Source: Chlorokybus atmophyticus
Taxonomy: Eukaryota; Plantae; Mesostigma and Chlorokybus algae
Reading direction: 5' to 3'
Length of the DNA stretch: 64,000 nucleotides
Assembly (NCBI GenBank): GCA_009103225.1
Contig: RHPI01000777.1
Location: 151,560 to 215,559, forward strand
The notes below the pieces were generated by a model. That model did no database searches and had not been told where the DNA came from. It saw nothing but the letters and a program-made list of their open reading frames with translations. Positions 40,061-51,339 of this stretch are shown piece by piece. Position numbers and translations under genes: made by a program. Position 1 is the stretch's first letter, and each line of letters opens with the position of its first letter.

Positions 40061-41757
40061 TTGCCTTCGGATTGAAGTAACGGTACCTAACAGGTCACTG
40101 CGCATGCTGTAAGTATAAAGTAGTTAGCAATTAGGTGACTGATTAATAGCTGTAAGGCCGTGGTAACATCCTGCGGCGATACTCCAAGTGGCGTGTGTGT
40201 CAGGATAATTGTCAACACGTGACATCGGGAAAAACAATGATGAAGGCACAAACGGAAGTGAGACTGTGGTAGCCTGCGGCAATATTCCAAGTAGCATGTG
40301 TATTGTTTGGATACTTGTTAACATGTTACATCGGGGAAAATCAAGGGTCATTGAGGCAAGATATTCTCGCAACACCATTGTGAGAATTATTTGTTTTTGC
40401 TGGCATCCGAAGTTCCGTGCGGATGCCCCCGATCACGCCACTTAGCCACGATATCCGCTGCAGTGGTATTGGTAACAGATCCAATTCATCAACCTATTAG
40501 TTAAGTAGACGTTTGCAAAAATAATTTATCACGCATTTTAGGGCGGCGGTTATGTGGTGGGGGTGACGGTGCTGAACGCTGCGAGCGGTGCAGCGGCCCA
40601 CCGCACCGCTGCAAGGACAACTTCTCACACATCTTACCATGTTTTTGGCGGTTGCATGGTGGCGGCATTAAACACAGGCGGCGGTGCAGCGGCCCACTGC
40701 ACACCGCCTCAATTGGTAACTCACTCGGAGTTAAACTGGTCGTCGCTGCTGTAGGATGGGGTGGGTATCATGCATTGAGCCATAAGGAGATATTTTTCGT
40801 TGATATCCTGCAAGGTTGCCCTAACCTTACTGTCAGTGTGAGTTCTTGCCAATGGGTGCCACCTTGACAAAAATGTAGCATTTGCAGCAAATTATGTATA
40901 TGCTCGCATCGCTCTGCATTTATATACATGCTTATAAAGTGACTCTTAATTTACGTGCATTCTCCTATTGAACGTAAATCTTAAAGATATGTTATAAGAA
41001 CCAAAGCACTAACAGGGACATCATGCGACGCTGAATGATCGGAGAAGTCGGCCTCAAGTTCGTTATTTATATAATAAGTGAGAAGGACTAAGTGAAAGTT
41101 TTGCATAATGATGATGTGTAACACTTGACATGCGTGCTCCGAGCACGTGCCGTAAGTGCTACACCATGAATATACCATCGTGAAGTGAGTACTGACTTTA
41201 TGATAGAGTCAGTACCCACAGCATGAACCAGTTCTTGTGCACTAGCTGTGCAAGGACACGTGTGCACCGTAGCTACACATAGCAATCTAGGGTACGCCAC
41301 ATGCACAGGTGCCAGAGCCTCGGTGACATGATAACGCAATATGGATGGGGCTGTGCGCCTGAGTATTGCCGGCAGCATAGCTGGCGCAGCAGGCGGAGCA
41401 GGTGGGCTGCTTCACGTTTTGCTTTTTTCCATCCTCAACTCATTACCACACATCATTAACAACCTTCATGCAATACGAGTGAGATCTAGCTGGTCGCATG
41501 GTTGGCTAGTTTGCTTGTTTTCTTGTCTATTGTTGCACTATTCGGGCCTAGACGTCCATGCTAGTTTGCATGGGTCAAGCCGCTCCCCTGGTCGGCTGGC
41601 CTACTGTGCGGGACTGATTTTGCTCGTGACATCGTAAAGTTTTTCAGAGCTGGAGCCAAAGCTGAAGCTGTAGTAGCAATGATTGTAGTAGCTATACTAT
41701 AGCAGCAGCAATATTTGTGTACTGCTACGGTTGTGTGTGCATACACTTGTATTACAG

Positions 41758-41904
41758 CATCTAAGCTTGCACGATGATAGCAAATGTTTATCACGACCAC
41801 ATGTTGCTCATCTCGTCGCTTGCTCAACTAGATCAAATCTTGGCAGCGAGTCTTAGCCGTGGATGATGTCCTCATCAAGGCTATGCTAACAGCATAGGCA
41901 GTTT
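41758..41904. repeat. Split direct repeat B2 of the YR retrotransposon
   Basis: Matches 42357-42495 (cacgatgatagcaaat...ctagatcaaat...gtcctcatcaaggct.tgctaacagcataggca). Confidence 0.8.
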
Positions 41905-42050
41905 GTCATGCACATCGAACGGCTGAGAGTGTGCGCTAGGCCACGTGAGCCTTTGCTGACACGTGAACGGCGCTGCGTAGGCCCTCCGACACCCGCTGCA
42001 GCAGTAACTAGCAGCGGCGGCGGCGGCGCAGGGTGGGTGGGTTGTGGCGT

Positions 42051-42356
42051 GCACTTGAGCAAGCACAATGGCGCCTCTAGCGCCAATGAGAACAACAATT
42101 GCGGCGGCAACTGCCGCAGCAGTGAAGGCCTTGCCATGCGTGGCAAGGCTGCCAGCTGCTCTGCCTCTGAGCCGCTTATGAGTCCGGTGCAGCTGGCATC
42201 GGCGGCGCCATGCCTGGCGGTGCAGGGCATGGTGACGACAGCGCACAGCAGGTGCGCACAGCGCGCTCTCCCCTGTGCGTCCTCTGACGTGGCATTGGAG
42301 AGTCGTTGTAGATAGACTCGCCAGCCAATCAGCTGGTGAGTGCTAATGCATGAACA
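42051..42356. repeat. Split direct repeat A2 of the YR retrotransposon
   Basis: About 305 bp matching 49153-49461 (gcacttgagcaagcacaatggcgcc ... actcgccagccaatcagctgg.gagtgctaatgc.tgaaca). Confidence 0.85.
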
Positions 42357-42495
42357 TCTGCGCTTGCAGCACGATGATAGCAAATCTTTATCACGAACAT
42401 ATGTCGCTTGCTCGACTAGATCAAATTTTGGCATTAAGTTTCAGCCATGGATGAGTGTCCTCATCAAGGCTGTGCTAACAGCATAGGCAAGTTTA
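42357..42495. repeat. Split direct repeat B1 of the YR retrotransposon
   Basis: Directly abuts A2 and matches 41758-41904. Confidence 0.8.
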
Positions 42496-42578
42496 CATAG
42501 TGTACTCACTGCCAAGTTTGCACCACACGCAAACTGTCAACAGCACAAGCTGTAGAAGCTTACGGGCACACACTGCGA

Positions 42579-43788
42579 GTGCCAGCACTCGAGCATGAAG
42601 AACGAGTGCACGCAGGCTCTCAACATGGGCGAGAGCAGTTACTGGCGGCTGTTGCAGTTGCACAAACAGTTAGTGCACACGCTACTGGTGTTAAGCACCA
42701 GCATGCAAGCAGCGTGGCATGGCGTAAATTCTCTGGCTTCGTGCAAGGGCACGGGGAAAGCGTATACACAGTAGGCCCGCATTTCAGCAGGGCCTACCTG
42801 CATGGGCACTGGTTGCCTAAGCACGTTACTCGTGCTCGCTGCAACACTAGTGCCGGAGGGCCTTGCATTGCAGCCGGCTTGCTGCGTAGCGTGGTAAACC
42901 ACTTGTCCAACAAGTACGCCACTTTAAGTCGTGGCAACATGTGGGATCCTGTGCGAGCAGCAGGCAACCCGTACAGATCTCCTGAGGTACAAGAGCATCT
43001 GAAAGGCTACCAGCGCATGCTGGTGGTTGATGGCTTGCGTTCTCCACAAGCTGAGCCTTTAACCGAGCAACAAGTGCAACAGCTGCTCACTCATCTCAGC
43101 CAGCGGGCTGCCAAGCTGAGCGGCGTGCTACAAGTGCTCATCATGCGAGACAAGCTATTGTACTTGTACTTGTGGAGTACGTGGCAGCGTGGTAGGCAGG
43201 GTTGTAAGGTGCGCGTAGACAGCGTCAACCACAACGATACCGATAGTGGGGTGTATGTGCAACCTGTGACGTTGAAGAATTGGAAGGACCAAGCAGCACC
43301 CCGCATTCCTGTGCGAGATGGTGCGGGGTTGCAGTTTGTCAAAGAACTACAAGAGTTCCTCTCGCGAGCTTACGAGAGTGGGCTATTACTGGGAACTGGG
43401 TACATCTTTTGAAGCTTGCATCAGAATAGGCGCGTGTGGTTGGAACAACCACTCAGCTATGCTGCTGCCAACAGGTTGTTCAAACAGCACTTGCGAGATA
43501 GTGGCGTGCAAGTTGATGTAGCCCTGCACAGCTTCCGTTAGGGGGGGGGGGGGGGGGGGNNNNNNNNNNNNNNNNNNNNNNNNNNNNNNNNNNNNNNNNN
43601 NNNNNNNNNNNNNNNNNNNNNNNNNNNNNNNNNNNNNNNNNNNNNNNNNNNNNNNNNNNNNNNNNGGGGGGGGGGGGGGGGGGGGGGGCAGTTCGGCGAA
43701 GCCTCAGGTGACTGCAGGCAAGATGCAAAGGCAAGGAGCATGGCGCACCACACACATGGTGGCGCACTACACACATGTACGCCGCTAA
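42579..43788 (+). pseudogene. Tyrosine recombinase of the YR retrotransposon (opposite strand to RT)
   Basis: GNPYRSPEVQEHLKGY, AEPLT and RDKLLYLYLWSTWQRG (catalytic R) come first. After a TGA at 43410-43412 the frame continues LFKQHLRDSG...LHSFR (HxxR). After the gap comes MQRQGAWRTTHMVAHY (W and catalytic Y), with TAA at 43786-43788. Confidence 0.85.
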
Positions 43789-43899
43789 GAACTCAATTAG
43801 TAACACAACATGTGCGAAATGTGCTGGGCTACGACCATGGCTAGGCACTCTTGGCACTCTCACAAGCAGCATAGTGCTGGGGGGGAAGACCACCGTGTC

Positions 43900-44208
43900 C
43901 TACATTGGCAACTGCATGAGTTGGGCCCAACAATGTTTGTGAACCCACTCCGGCACTAGCAGGATGCACTCACGCGTGTGGTGCGCCACTAACCGGACAG
44001 GCAGGGCGACTAGACTGAGGGGCGGGAATACCCAAGCCAAGCCAGCTGCGGCCACGTTCCAATCTGCGGTGAGTGCATTACCTACTGCGCCTGAACAGGT
44101 TGCCGCAGCAAAAGACACCTGTGCCTTGGTGTTGCCGGCGGAGGCGAAGCAGTCCAGCACGGGCTGATCCCATCTACTGCAACACAGGCGTGTCGGAACT
44201 GGCGCCAA
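43900..44208 (-). pseudogene. Dam-like methyltransferase (MT) domain of the YR retrotransposon
   Basis: VLDCFASAGN...NALTADW...AWVFPPLSLV...CILLVPEW...CWAQL matches the DxFA..N / FPP / vPxW pattern of the MT domain that follows RNase H in DIRS elements. Confidence 0.75.
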
Positions 44209-44314
44209 GCTCCAGTCGCCAGTGTCTGGCGCTTGCCAGCAGATCGGCTACCTGCAGATAAGCCCGCGGCTGCTAGTAGCAGTGCAGTTGCCAGTCCTGG
44301 CGCCATAGCACGTC

Positions 44315-44656
44315 CTAAAGCTGGAACAGCTCCAAGCGCAGGTACGGGTTTCGTGCAGTCAGCCTGCGCAGGTTGCTCAGCGCTGGCTGGCAATCACCCT
44401 GCATGGTGATAGTTACGTGACGCAGGGTTGGCTGGGTGCGTGCAAGCTCGCACAGCACACGGATGTAAGCCAGCGCTTCCGTGACAGGTGGCGCCAGCTG
44501 CAGCTCATGTGCTGCGAAGTTTCCCTGCACATGTCCCCAGGGGGGAACCGCCCCCCACCCATGAGTGCCTGAGGCGTCAGCTTGCAGCAGCACCGATGAG
44601 GGCGGTTTCCACCACGTACAGCCATGAGCTGCGTATGCACGCAGCCGCGCCAGCAA
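44315..44656 (-). pseudogene. RNase H domain (DIRS-type)
   Basis: LQADASGTHGWGA...TEALAYIRVL...TMQGDCQPALSNL shows the D/E/D pattern of DIRS1-type RNase H. Confidence 0.8.
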
Positions 44657-45920
44657 TCAGGGGAGGAGTTGCGTGGTGTCGGCTGGCGAGGCGAAGAGGG
44701 CATCCCACGTGAGCGCCTTTACGAGCGGCTCAAGCAGCGTTCTAGCAAACAGCAGCACATGGGGCATAGCTAGTTTCAGAGATACTAGCTTGCCTGCCAC
44801 GTGCACCAACTGTCTGGCCGTGACGCAAGGCTGCCGCTGGAGGGTGCAAATGTCGTCCTCCAGCTGCTGCAACTTGTGCAGTGAAATTGCAAAAGCACTT
44901 GTGTGTGAGTCCACTAGCAGGCCCAGCAATTTAAGTTGCTGGGCTGGTTTGGGGTTGCAGTTTGGCCACCCCGAACAACCACCCCAGCACTGCGAATAGG
45001 CGCATTACTAGCTTCACCCTCCAACGCAAGTGCCGCTTGTGCTGGTGGGATAGGTGCATGTCATCAATGTAGGACAGGGTGCCGAGGCCTCGCATTCGCA
45101 ATGGCCTGTGCATGACTTGCTGCGTAAATGTGAATGCATAGCATGCGAAGGTAAAAAGGTAGCACATTCCACTGGAAGATTTGACCTTGGTATGACACAC
45201 ACAGGTAGTTGCGGTGCTGTGGCCGGATAGGCACATGATGATAGCCCGATTTCGTATTAAAGTTGCTTGCCACCACCCTTTGTGAGCGTAGTGTAAGATG
45301 TCCGACAACTTCTCGTAATGGAATGGAATGCGTTCTAGGAAGATGTTGACATATCGTAAGTCAATAACCAACCTGAGCTTAGGTCGAGTCACAGTCACAA
45401 CTCCCATGCCCGACACCACTTGACTGGCTGCATGCCTGAGCACTGGCGTCATAGATTCTGTGAGGACCAGGTTGCGCGAATTTGTCTTGCACGAAGGAGG
45501 CATGCTCAGCAATGGACGTCCGGTTGGTGAGCAGCACCGGGCTGGGAGTGCGTTTGTACAATGCAGCCTGGCTGCTGGTTGCTCCAGCCTTCCGCGCGCA
45601 GCATGACATGTACTTGCTTCAGTTTCTTGCTTGCAGCTTGCCCTGTGCCAATGAACTGCAGCGGCAGGCCCTGGCGCAGCCAAGTCAGAACTTTGTAAGC
45701 TGCGGGGTGGTCAGTATGCTTGACCCAACACTCCCACGCATCAGCATGCAGGGCCGGCAGCGCTGCTGTAAAGGCAGTGGCATCGTGCATGATGCTTTGC
45801 AGCTGCGCCAGCCACTCCGCAGCCGAACAGTCCGGCTCGACAGGCGCAGCTGCCAGGCTGTCTAGGTCGGCAATGACTTGCTCAACTACTCGGCGCTGGC
45901 GCTGCACAGCCCACGGCGGC
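44657..45920 (-). pseudogene. Reverse transcriptase of the YR retrotransposon, frameshifted
   Basis: Motifs in several frames: AWECW...VLTWLRQGLPLQF, KLRLVIDLRYVN, KSGYHHVPIRP, FQWNVLPF, LSYIDD (~45065), LLGLLVDS and QLVHVAGKLVSL. Confidence 0.85.
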
Positions 45921-46599
45921 GAAGAGCGCGGAGTGGGCCAGTCATCTGGTCCTGACTGGCGCTCGTTGCGCAGCAATGCCTGCTCCGCGAGCAGCTGCAG
46001 ATCCTGCTCCTCCTCATGCTCTGGGTGGGCAGCACTGAAAGACGTGTCCTCGTCACACCAGCTGCCGGTGAGGCCGTCAGCAGTGTCGATGGGCTGCACG
46101 GCAGGCTGGCAAGCTTGCGCAGGCTGCGAGGCAGCAGGCAGCGCCATTGCAGATGGCGCTGAAGCTGGCGGTCGCCACAACAGCTGCTGCTGCTGCGCAC
46201 ATGCACCATGCCAGCAGCTGCGCGACTTGTTAGGCGAGCAACGCTGCGCTGGCAAGGATGGTGACGCGGCTATGGTGCAAATTGCGCTCAGGTGCCAAGG
46301 CGGGGAGGGGGCCTGAGATGTGGGTGCAGGCCAGCGACACCTGCGGCGCGGAGTCTCAGGCGAGAGGCAGTAGCATGCAGGCCAGCGCATGCAGCTGTGT
46401 ATGCAGGCGCAGGCGCTACCACGCATTCAATGTAGCAGCGCAAACAGGGTGCAATGCACAGAGCAGCATTGCGCTGAGGCAGAGGAGATGGGGCGAAAAA
46501 TACATGTATAAACGAGGGGAATACCAGGTTCATGCACGCACATGTGCAGCTGCATAAGCTGGCACTAGCTAGCTGCAACTGCAGACACTGCTTAACTAC

Positions 46600-49114
46600 T
46601 CACACGTTGTCGTCTAGAGGCTTTGCAGGGTTGTTTCGCCATGGGCGTTTCTCGTGCAGCCGACCACCAACTACGTTGTGCTGGTGGTGATCATGGCGTC
46701 GTTCTTTGTCTGACTGGTTGGGGGCATTGGCGTCGCGCTGCCCAGCTTCTTTGCCACCAACAATCTTAAGCGGGTGGCAAGCCAGCAAGGCCAGCATAAG
46801 CATGAAGCAAACAAGGTGGCGGCTGCTGGCCAGCACGCACAGCACGTGAGAGTGCGAACATGTCAGCACAAACACAAGGGCACGGCGACCTGGCCACCAT
46901 GCACAGAGCCGCCCTTAAGCACAACACAACACACAAGGGCACGGCGAGCTGGCCACTATGCTCAGAGCCGCCCTTAAGCAACACGAGTACCTGACCACGT
47001 GTTGGAATTGGCTCCAATGCTGAGCTGCCGTACGTCTCACTTCAATGTACAATCCCAAGACCTCGTCTATCAGGCGAGCCTCGTTGAAAGCTGCGGATAG
47101 CTTGGTTTTGGCCGCCTCCAGCAAGCGGGCATAGTCTTCACTGAAGGTGGCGCATTATCTTCTCCGAATTCTCGAAATAGGCTAGCCTCCAGCAGCACAT
47201 GTACGTAAGCTGCCATTGGAGGATACCTTGAGTCTGTCACAAGCTCCGAACGGCGCCACAAGCTGAGAAGGCCCCGCATGGAGGTGTCGTTGGTGATACG
47301 GTTGACGATATTCTGGCGCACGCGCACATAGTGGGAAGTGCGCGTGAACTGTATGACGTGCATACCATCTGGTGCGAGGATCATGCATGCCGTGGTGTAG
47401 GCAAAGACATCTTCTTCTTCTGGTGGGGGAGGTGGTGGTGGCGTGTGCGTTGGTGCATCTATGGGGAGCACATACACTGCAGACACCTATGCTCTGTGTT
47501 GCGAGGGCAGGATTGTGACATTGAGGGTTCCTCGGGCAGGATCCTCCACGCTATCAATGCGTGCCAATAAGCACTCTCCGCTCCGTCCTGGCACGTAAAC
47601 ACCTTTATGGATGAGAGCGCGGAGGTCGGGGGGTCGAGTAGCGTCACCGCTACTCGAAGTCTGATTCGTCTTCACTGGGATAGAGGGCAAGGTAGCTAAC
47701 CATGGCATCAGAGAGGGCTTGAAATGCCCCAGCTGCAGAGGCAAACTCCGGCTTGCAACGACGGCGAGCTGCGCTTCTGGCGGCACACAGGGTGGCCATG
47801 CGGGAGCCATGAGAGCCGGAGGCGCTGCTGCGCCTTTGGGGGGAGGCGGAGGAAGCGGGCACGGAGAAGGCGGCGCCCCCGGAGGGGCTGGGCGAGGTCC
47901 GCACGACATGACATCCAGTGGTGGGGGAGAGCGGTGGGAGGATTTGGGCCGGCTCCTCGCCGGCGCGCGCCTCCTGGCCGGGCTCCTGCTTCTGCTCCGG
48001 CTGCATCACTTGCTGCGCGCCCGCTCCCAGGCCGGCGTCCACAACGACGTCGGCGAGCTGCTGCGGTGGGACCTGGCCGGGCGGCGCAGGTGGCGGCGAG
48101 GGCTGCGGCGCGGGCTGCGCCGCGTGCTGTTGCTGTGCCACCTCGGCGGCGAGCGGCTCCTGTGCCGGCGCGGGCTGGGCGGGCGGCGCTGGTGGCGGGG
48201 GAGATGCCGGGCCATCTCATCATCCATGTGGCGCTGGAAAGGTAGTGCACAGGGTGGTGCGGTCCCTGCCAAACACAATGCGCAAGCTGCGCACTCGCGG
48301 CACAACAGCTTGATCACGCAGCAAGCGCGGCAGTGATACGGTGATTAGGTCGCGCCAGACACCGCCAGCCCCACGCACCTGCAGCGGAACATGTGCCGCG
48401 GCACATAGCTGAGTCATGCAGCCCAAAACACGGCGAGGGGGGGAAACGCTGCAAGTAAGACAACAAAGGAAGGGGCGACAGCAGCAATGAGAAGGCAGCT
48501 GCAGCTGCGGCAGCTGTGTGAGCAGCGGCAAGCAGCCACAGCAGCAATGGGGAGCGGCAGCTGCTCAGCAAGCAGCTGAGCGCAATGATGAGAGGTTGGC
48601 GACAGCTGCGTAGCAAGCAGCTGCGGCAACAATGATGGGGTGCAGCCGGCGCATAGCAAGCAGCTGCAGCTAGCATGAGTTGACACTTTTCGGCTGCAAG
48701 GCCATGACACGCAGCAGGGACATCGGCGCAGGGAGCTGCACAACAAGTGTGCCACAGCTGAGCCCAAATTCACCTGCGCAAGCAGCGATGCGGCTGCGGG
48801 AGGCTGACGTCGCTGATGCCGACCTCGACCACCAGGCGCAGCTCTTGGCTGCCGTACAGGGGGATGATGCCGAGGACCACCCGGTCGTGCATGGGGCGGT
48901 CGTCGGCGTAGCGGACGTCAACTTGCTTGGCGATGTCGATTGCCAACAGCTCGTCAACAACGATGCCCAGGGCCACCTGCTGGTGCCAAGCACTCAGCTG
49001 ATAGAGCGGAAGCTGCCGCCCACCAGCTGGTGCTCGACCCCCGTCGTCCGGAGGCAGCAGAAAACGCTCCGTGCCAGGGGGCGGCGGCTCCAGCGGCGAC
49101 CAACACTTGAGCAT
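46600..49114 (-). pseudogene. ORF1/gag-like region of the YR retrotransposon, fragmented and apparently intron-containing
   Basis: An ATG at 49114 opens a GC3-rich exon to a CAG|GTGAAT donor at 48773. Downstream are a Pro/Gln-rich segment (47650-48141), LIHKGVYVPGRSGECLLARIDSVED, and a helical segment LLEAAKTKLSAAFNEARLIDEVLGLYIEVRR. No recognisable domain; exon phases are not fully consistent. Confidence 0.4.
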
Positions 49115-49152
49115 GGCAGGCGCAGCCCCGTGCTGCGCAGCAGCAACACGCG

Positions 49153-49461
49153 CACTTGAGCAAGCACAATGGCGCCTCCGGCGCCAACGAGAACAACAAC
49201 TGCAGCGGTAACTGCCGCAGCAGTGAAGGCCTTGCCATGCGTGGCAAGGCTGCCAGCTGCTCTGCCTCTGAGCACCGCTCATGAGGCCGGTGCAGCTGGC
49301 ATCGGCGGCGCCATGCCTGGCGGTGCAGGGCATGGTGACGTGACAGCGCACAGCAGGTGCGCACAGCGTGCTTTCCTTTGTGCGTCCTTTGACGTGGCAG
49401 GGGAGAGCCGTTGTAGATAGACTCGCCAGCCAATCAGCTGGCGAGTGCTAATGCGTGAACA
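49153..49461. repeat. Split direct repeat A1 (5' end of element) with terminal hairpin
   Basis: Copy of 42051-42356. Contains a perfect 10-bp stem actcgccagc/gctggcgagt (49421-49446). Confidence 0.85.
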
Positions 49462-49809
49462 CTAGTGGTAGTTTATCATGCAACTAACGATGGTGCGCAC
49501 TGACACTCGTCCCCCGTTTATCGTTTTACGACCTAATAGCGGCTAGTCAGCCGGCTACCGGCCATATCTCACGTTATGTGGAATATATGTACCCCATTAG
49601 ACCAGCGCAAAGCGGCACATGCGTCGCATCACGACCAGTCGGCGATCAATTGGCCGGTCATTGAGGGCATTGGGACGTTAAGAAGCGTTAGGGCGTTAGG
49701 GTCGCGTTAGTGGGCGTTAGCGATGCTGCTTGATGGATTTTGCAACTTTGTTCTTCTGCACTAGAAGTTTATTTTGTTTTTCGTGTTAGCCAATTGTGTC
49801 ATCAATTTC

Positions 49810-50670
49810 AGAACGAACAGTTTGTGTCCCTACGGGATGCATATGAATGATATGCTAGGCTGGATGTGATAAGTCCAAGGCGTTTACAGTGTCTGAGGCT
49901 GACGTGTGATCAATTTGGGGCATGAACAAGGCGTCAGCACACCTTAAGATGTCCGGAATGGGCATGTGGCCCGGTGGTCCTAATCATAATTCATGCATGA
50001 TAACATCTAGCCTTGAACTTGGATGTTCCAAGTTGGAGATCAGCAATGAGCGTATATAAACGGCCTCAACGATTGTTGAGGCAGCTCACCATATGCGCCG
50101 ACTCTTGTGTATGAGGTGCCTAATTTGGTTGTGCAAGGGGCTCTTTCTCATCCCTTGTAGGGTGTAGTGTCCACGTGCGTGCGTGCGTGCGTGCGTGCGT
50201 GCGTGTGTTGAACACTATACTCGAGCGTAGTAATGAGCTCCTTACGTGCTTGTGCACCGAGCAATTTCCTTCGACATTATATGGGAATGCTAACGTGCTC
50301 GTGGCCCAAATGTTAAGCTGCATAATCACCGAGTCAAGTGCAAGCAATGCTCACGGTTAATGCTTCCATAAAGGAGCAACACGAGTAGCAGCTATCCAAG
50401 TTGGCAATTCCAACACACACACATAAGATGATGCCACGACTAGAGTTCTTGCGGGTGCCAATAATGGGCAAGGGCACAAATCGTGGTGTTGATGTACGTG
50501 ACCAACTGAGCCCCATGCTTGAGCACAATTTTATAACCATGTTGCTAATTTACATGCATGAGGCTAAAGCAATGTCGCTCCAAACAGTCAAATTGTATGG
50601 CAGTGCGGCCCGCATGTGAAAGGCTTTGAAATCCTCATGTCGTGAGGCTTGTAGCAAGATTGCTGCAAGC
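49810..50670 (+). pseudogene. Possible highly decayed hAT-type transposase, interrupted by the Gypsy insertion (continues ~57752-58160)
   Basis: FQNEQFVSLRDAYE*YARLDVISPRRL...GMGMWPGG...LEISNERI*TASTIVEAA loosely follows the hAT N-terminal/DDE spacing. A reading frame (KIAASL|KVFETAML) runs across the reconstructed Gypsy target site. Weak similarity only. Confidence 0.3.
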
Positions 50671-50675
50671 CTTAA

Positions 50676-51189
50676 TGTAACAGCACCACCGTTGCCGGTA
50701 ATGCCCCTTCAATCCTCTACCCCAACACCCACACCGCCTATGACAAGCCTTTCAGCGGCGTGGCCGCCACTGAGCAGAGAACTTCAAAGTGAGGTCACAT
50801 CAGTTTGATGTCACCTTTTATATCAAGAGTATATCAAATTTATACCTCTCGACAATTAACTTACAATTATACATCAACCCTACAGATGGGGTAGTTAGGA
50901 AATCCAGCGTGAGCCAATCACAGCTCAGGTAACATACCTATCGAAAGATACCTATCGTACGGTACCTACCGAGATAGTGATCACATTTTATCAAATGCGA
51001 CATTAAATAGGCTTGAATAAGCGGTTCTACACCCATTGGGACTCATTCAAGCTATGATAAAGCATCATAGCCTTCAATGAGAGAAGAACCGTAGAAAAGA
51101 GGTATAGATAAGCATGTTTAGATACTTATTCATACAGAACGTGTTATTTAGGTAGCAATAATACCCCTATTATTATTGCTCTCATTACA
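50676..51189 (-). repeat. 3' LTR (514 bp)
   Basis: Begins tgtaacagcacc and ends cattaca; alignable along its length to 57219-57746. Confidence 0.95.
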
Positions 51190-51203
51190 TTCCCCCCCAC
51201 TTA
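51190..51203 (-). other. Polypurine tract
   Basis: The minus strand reads AAGTGGGGGGGAA immediately before the 3' LTR start. Confidence 0.85.
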
Positions 51204-51339
51204 AGTTTTCAACGTCCTCGTTGAACTCAAGTTGATCAGGCTTCGTTTCGAGTAATTGTAACCGGTGAAATAGCAGGAAATGACAGGGTGGTAATGAAAC
51301 TGCACTGCCAGTCTGTCATGAAATAAGCCCACAGTTTAC

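Larger units (their letters stand above)
41758..49461 (-). mobile_element. Tyrosine-recombinase retrotransposon (DIRS order; PAT/kangaroo-like) with split direct repeats, degenerate
   Basis: The minus strand carries the ORF1 region, RT (YIDD), RNase H and a Dam-like MT domain; the plus strand carries the YR. Repeat A lies at 49153-49461 and 42051-42356, repeat B at 42357-42495 and 41758-41904, giving an A1...B1-A2-B2 layout in element sense. Many stops and frameshifts. Confidence 0.85.

Noticed and set aside
41330-41490. BED-finger-like fragment (W...CSACCASYAAGNT...H) on the minus strand
   Set aside because: No downstream transposase motifs could be followed; too degenerate to call.
43551-43688. 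Poly-G runs inside the YR gene; also the poly-RE/ER, poly-X and poly-P ORFs in the ORF track
   Set aside because: These flank N-gaps or microsatellites and are likely assembly artefacts or translated simple repeats.
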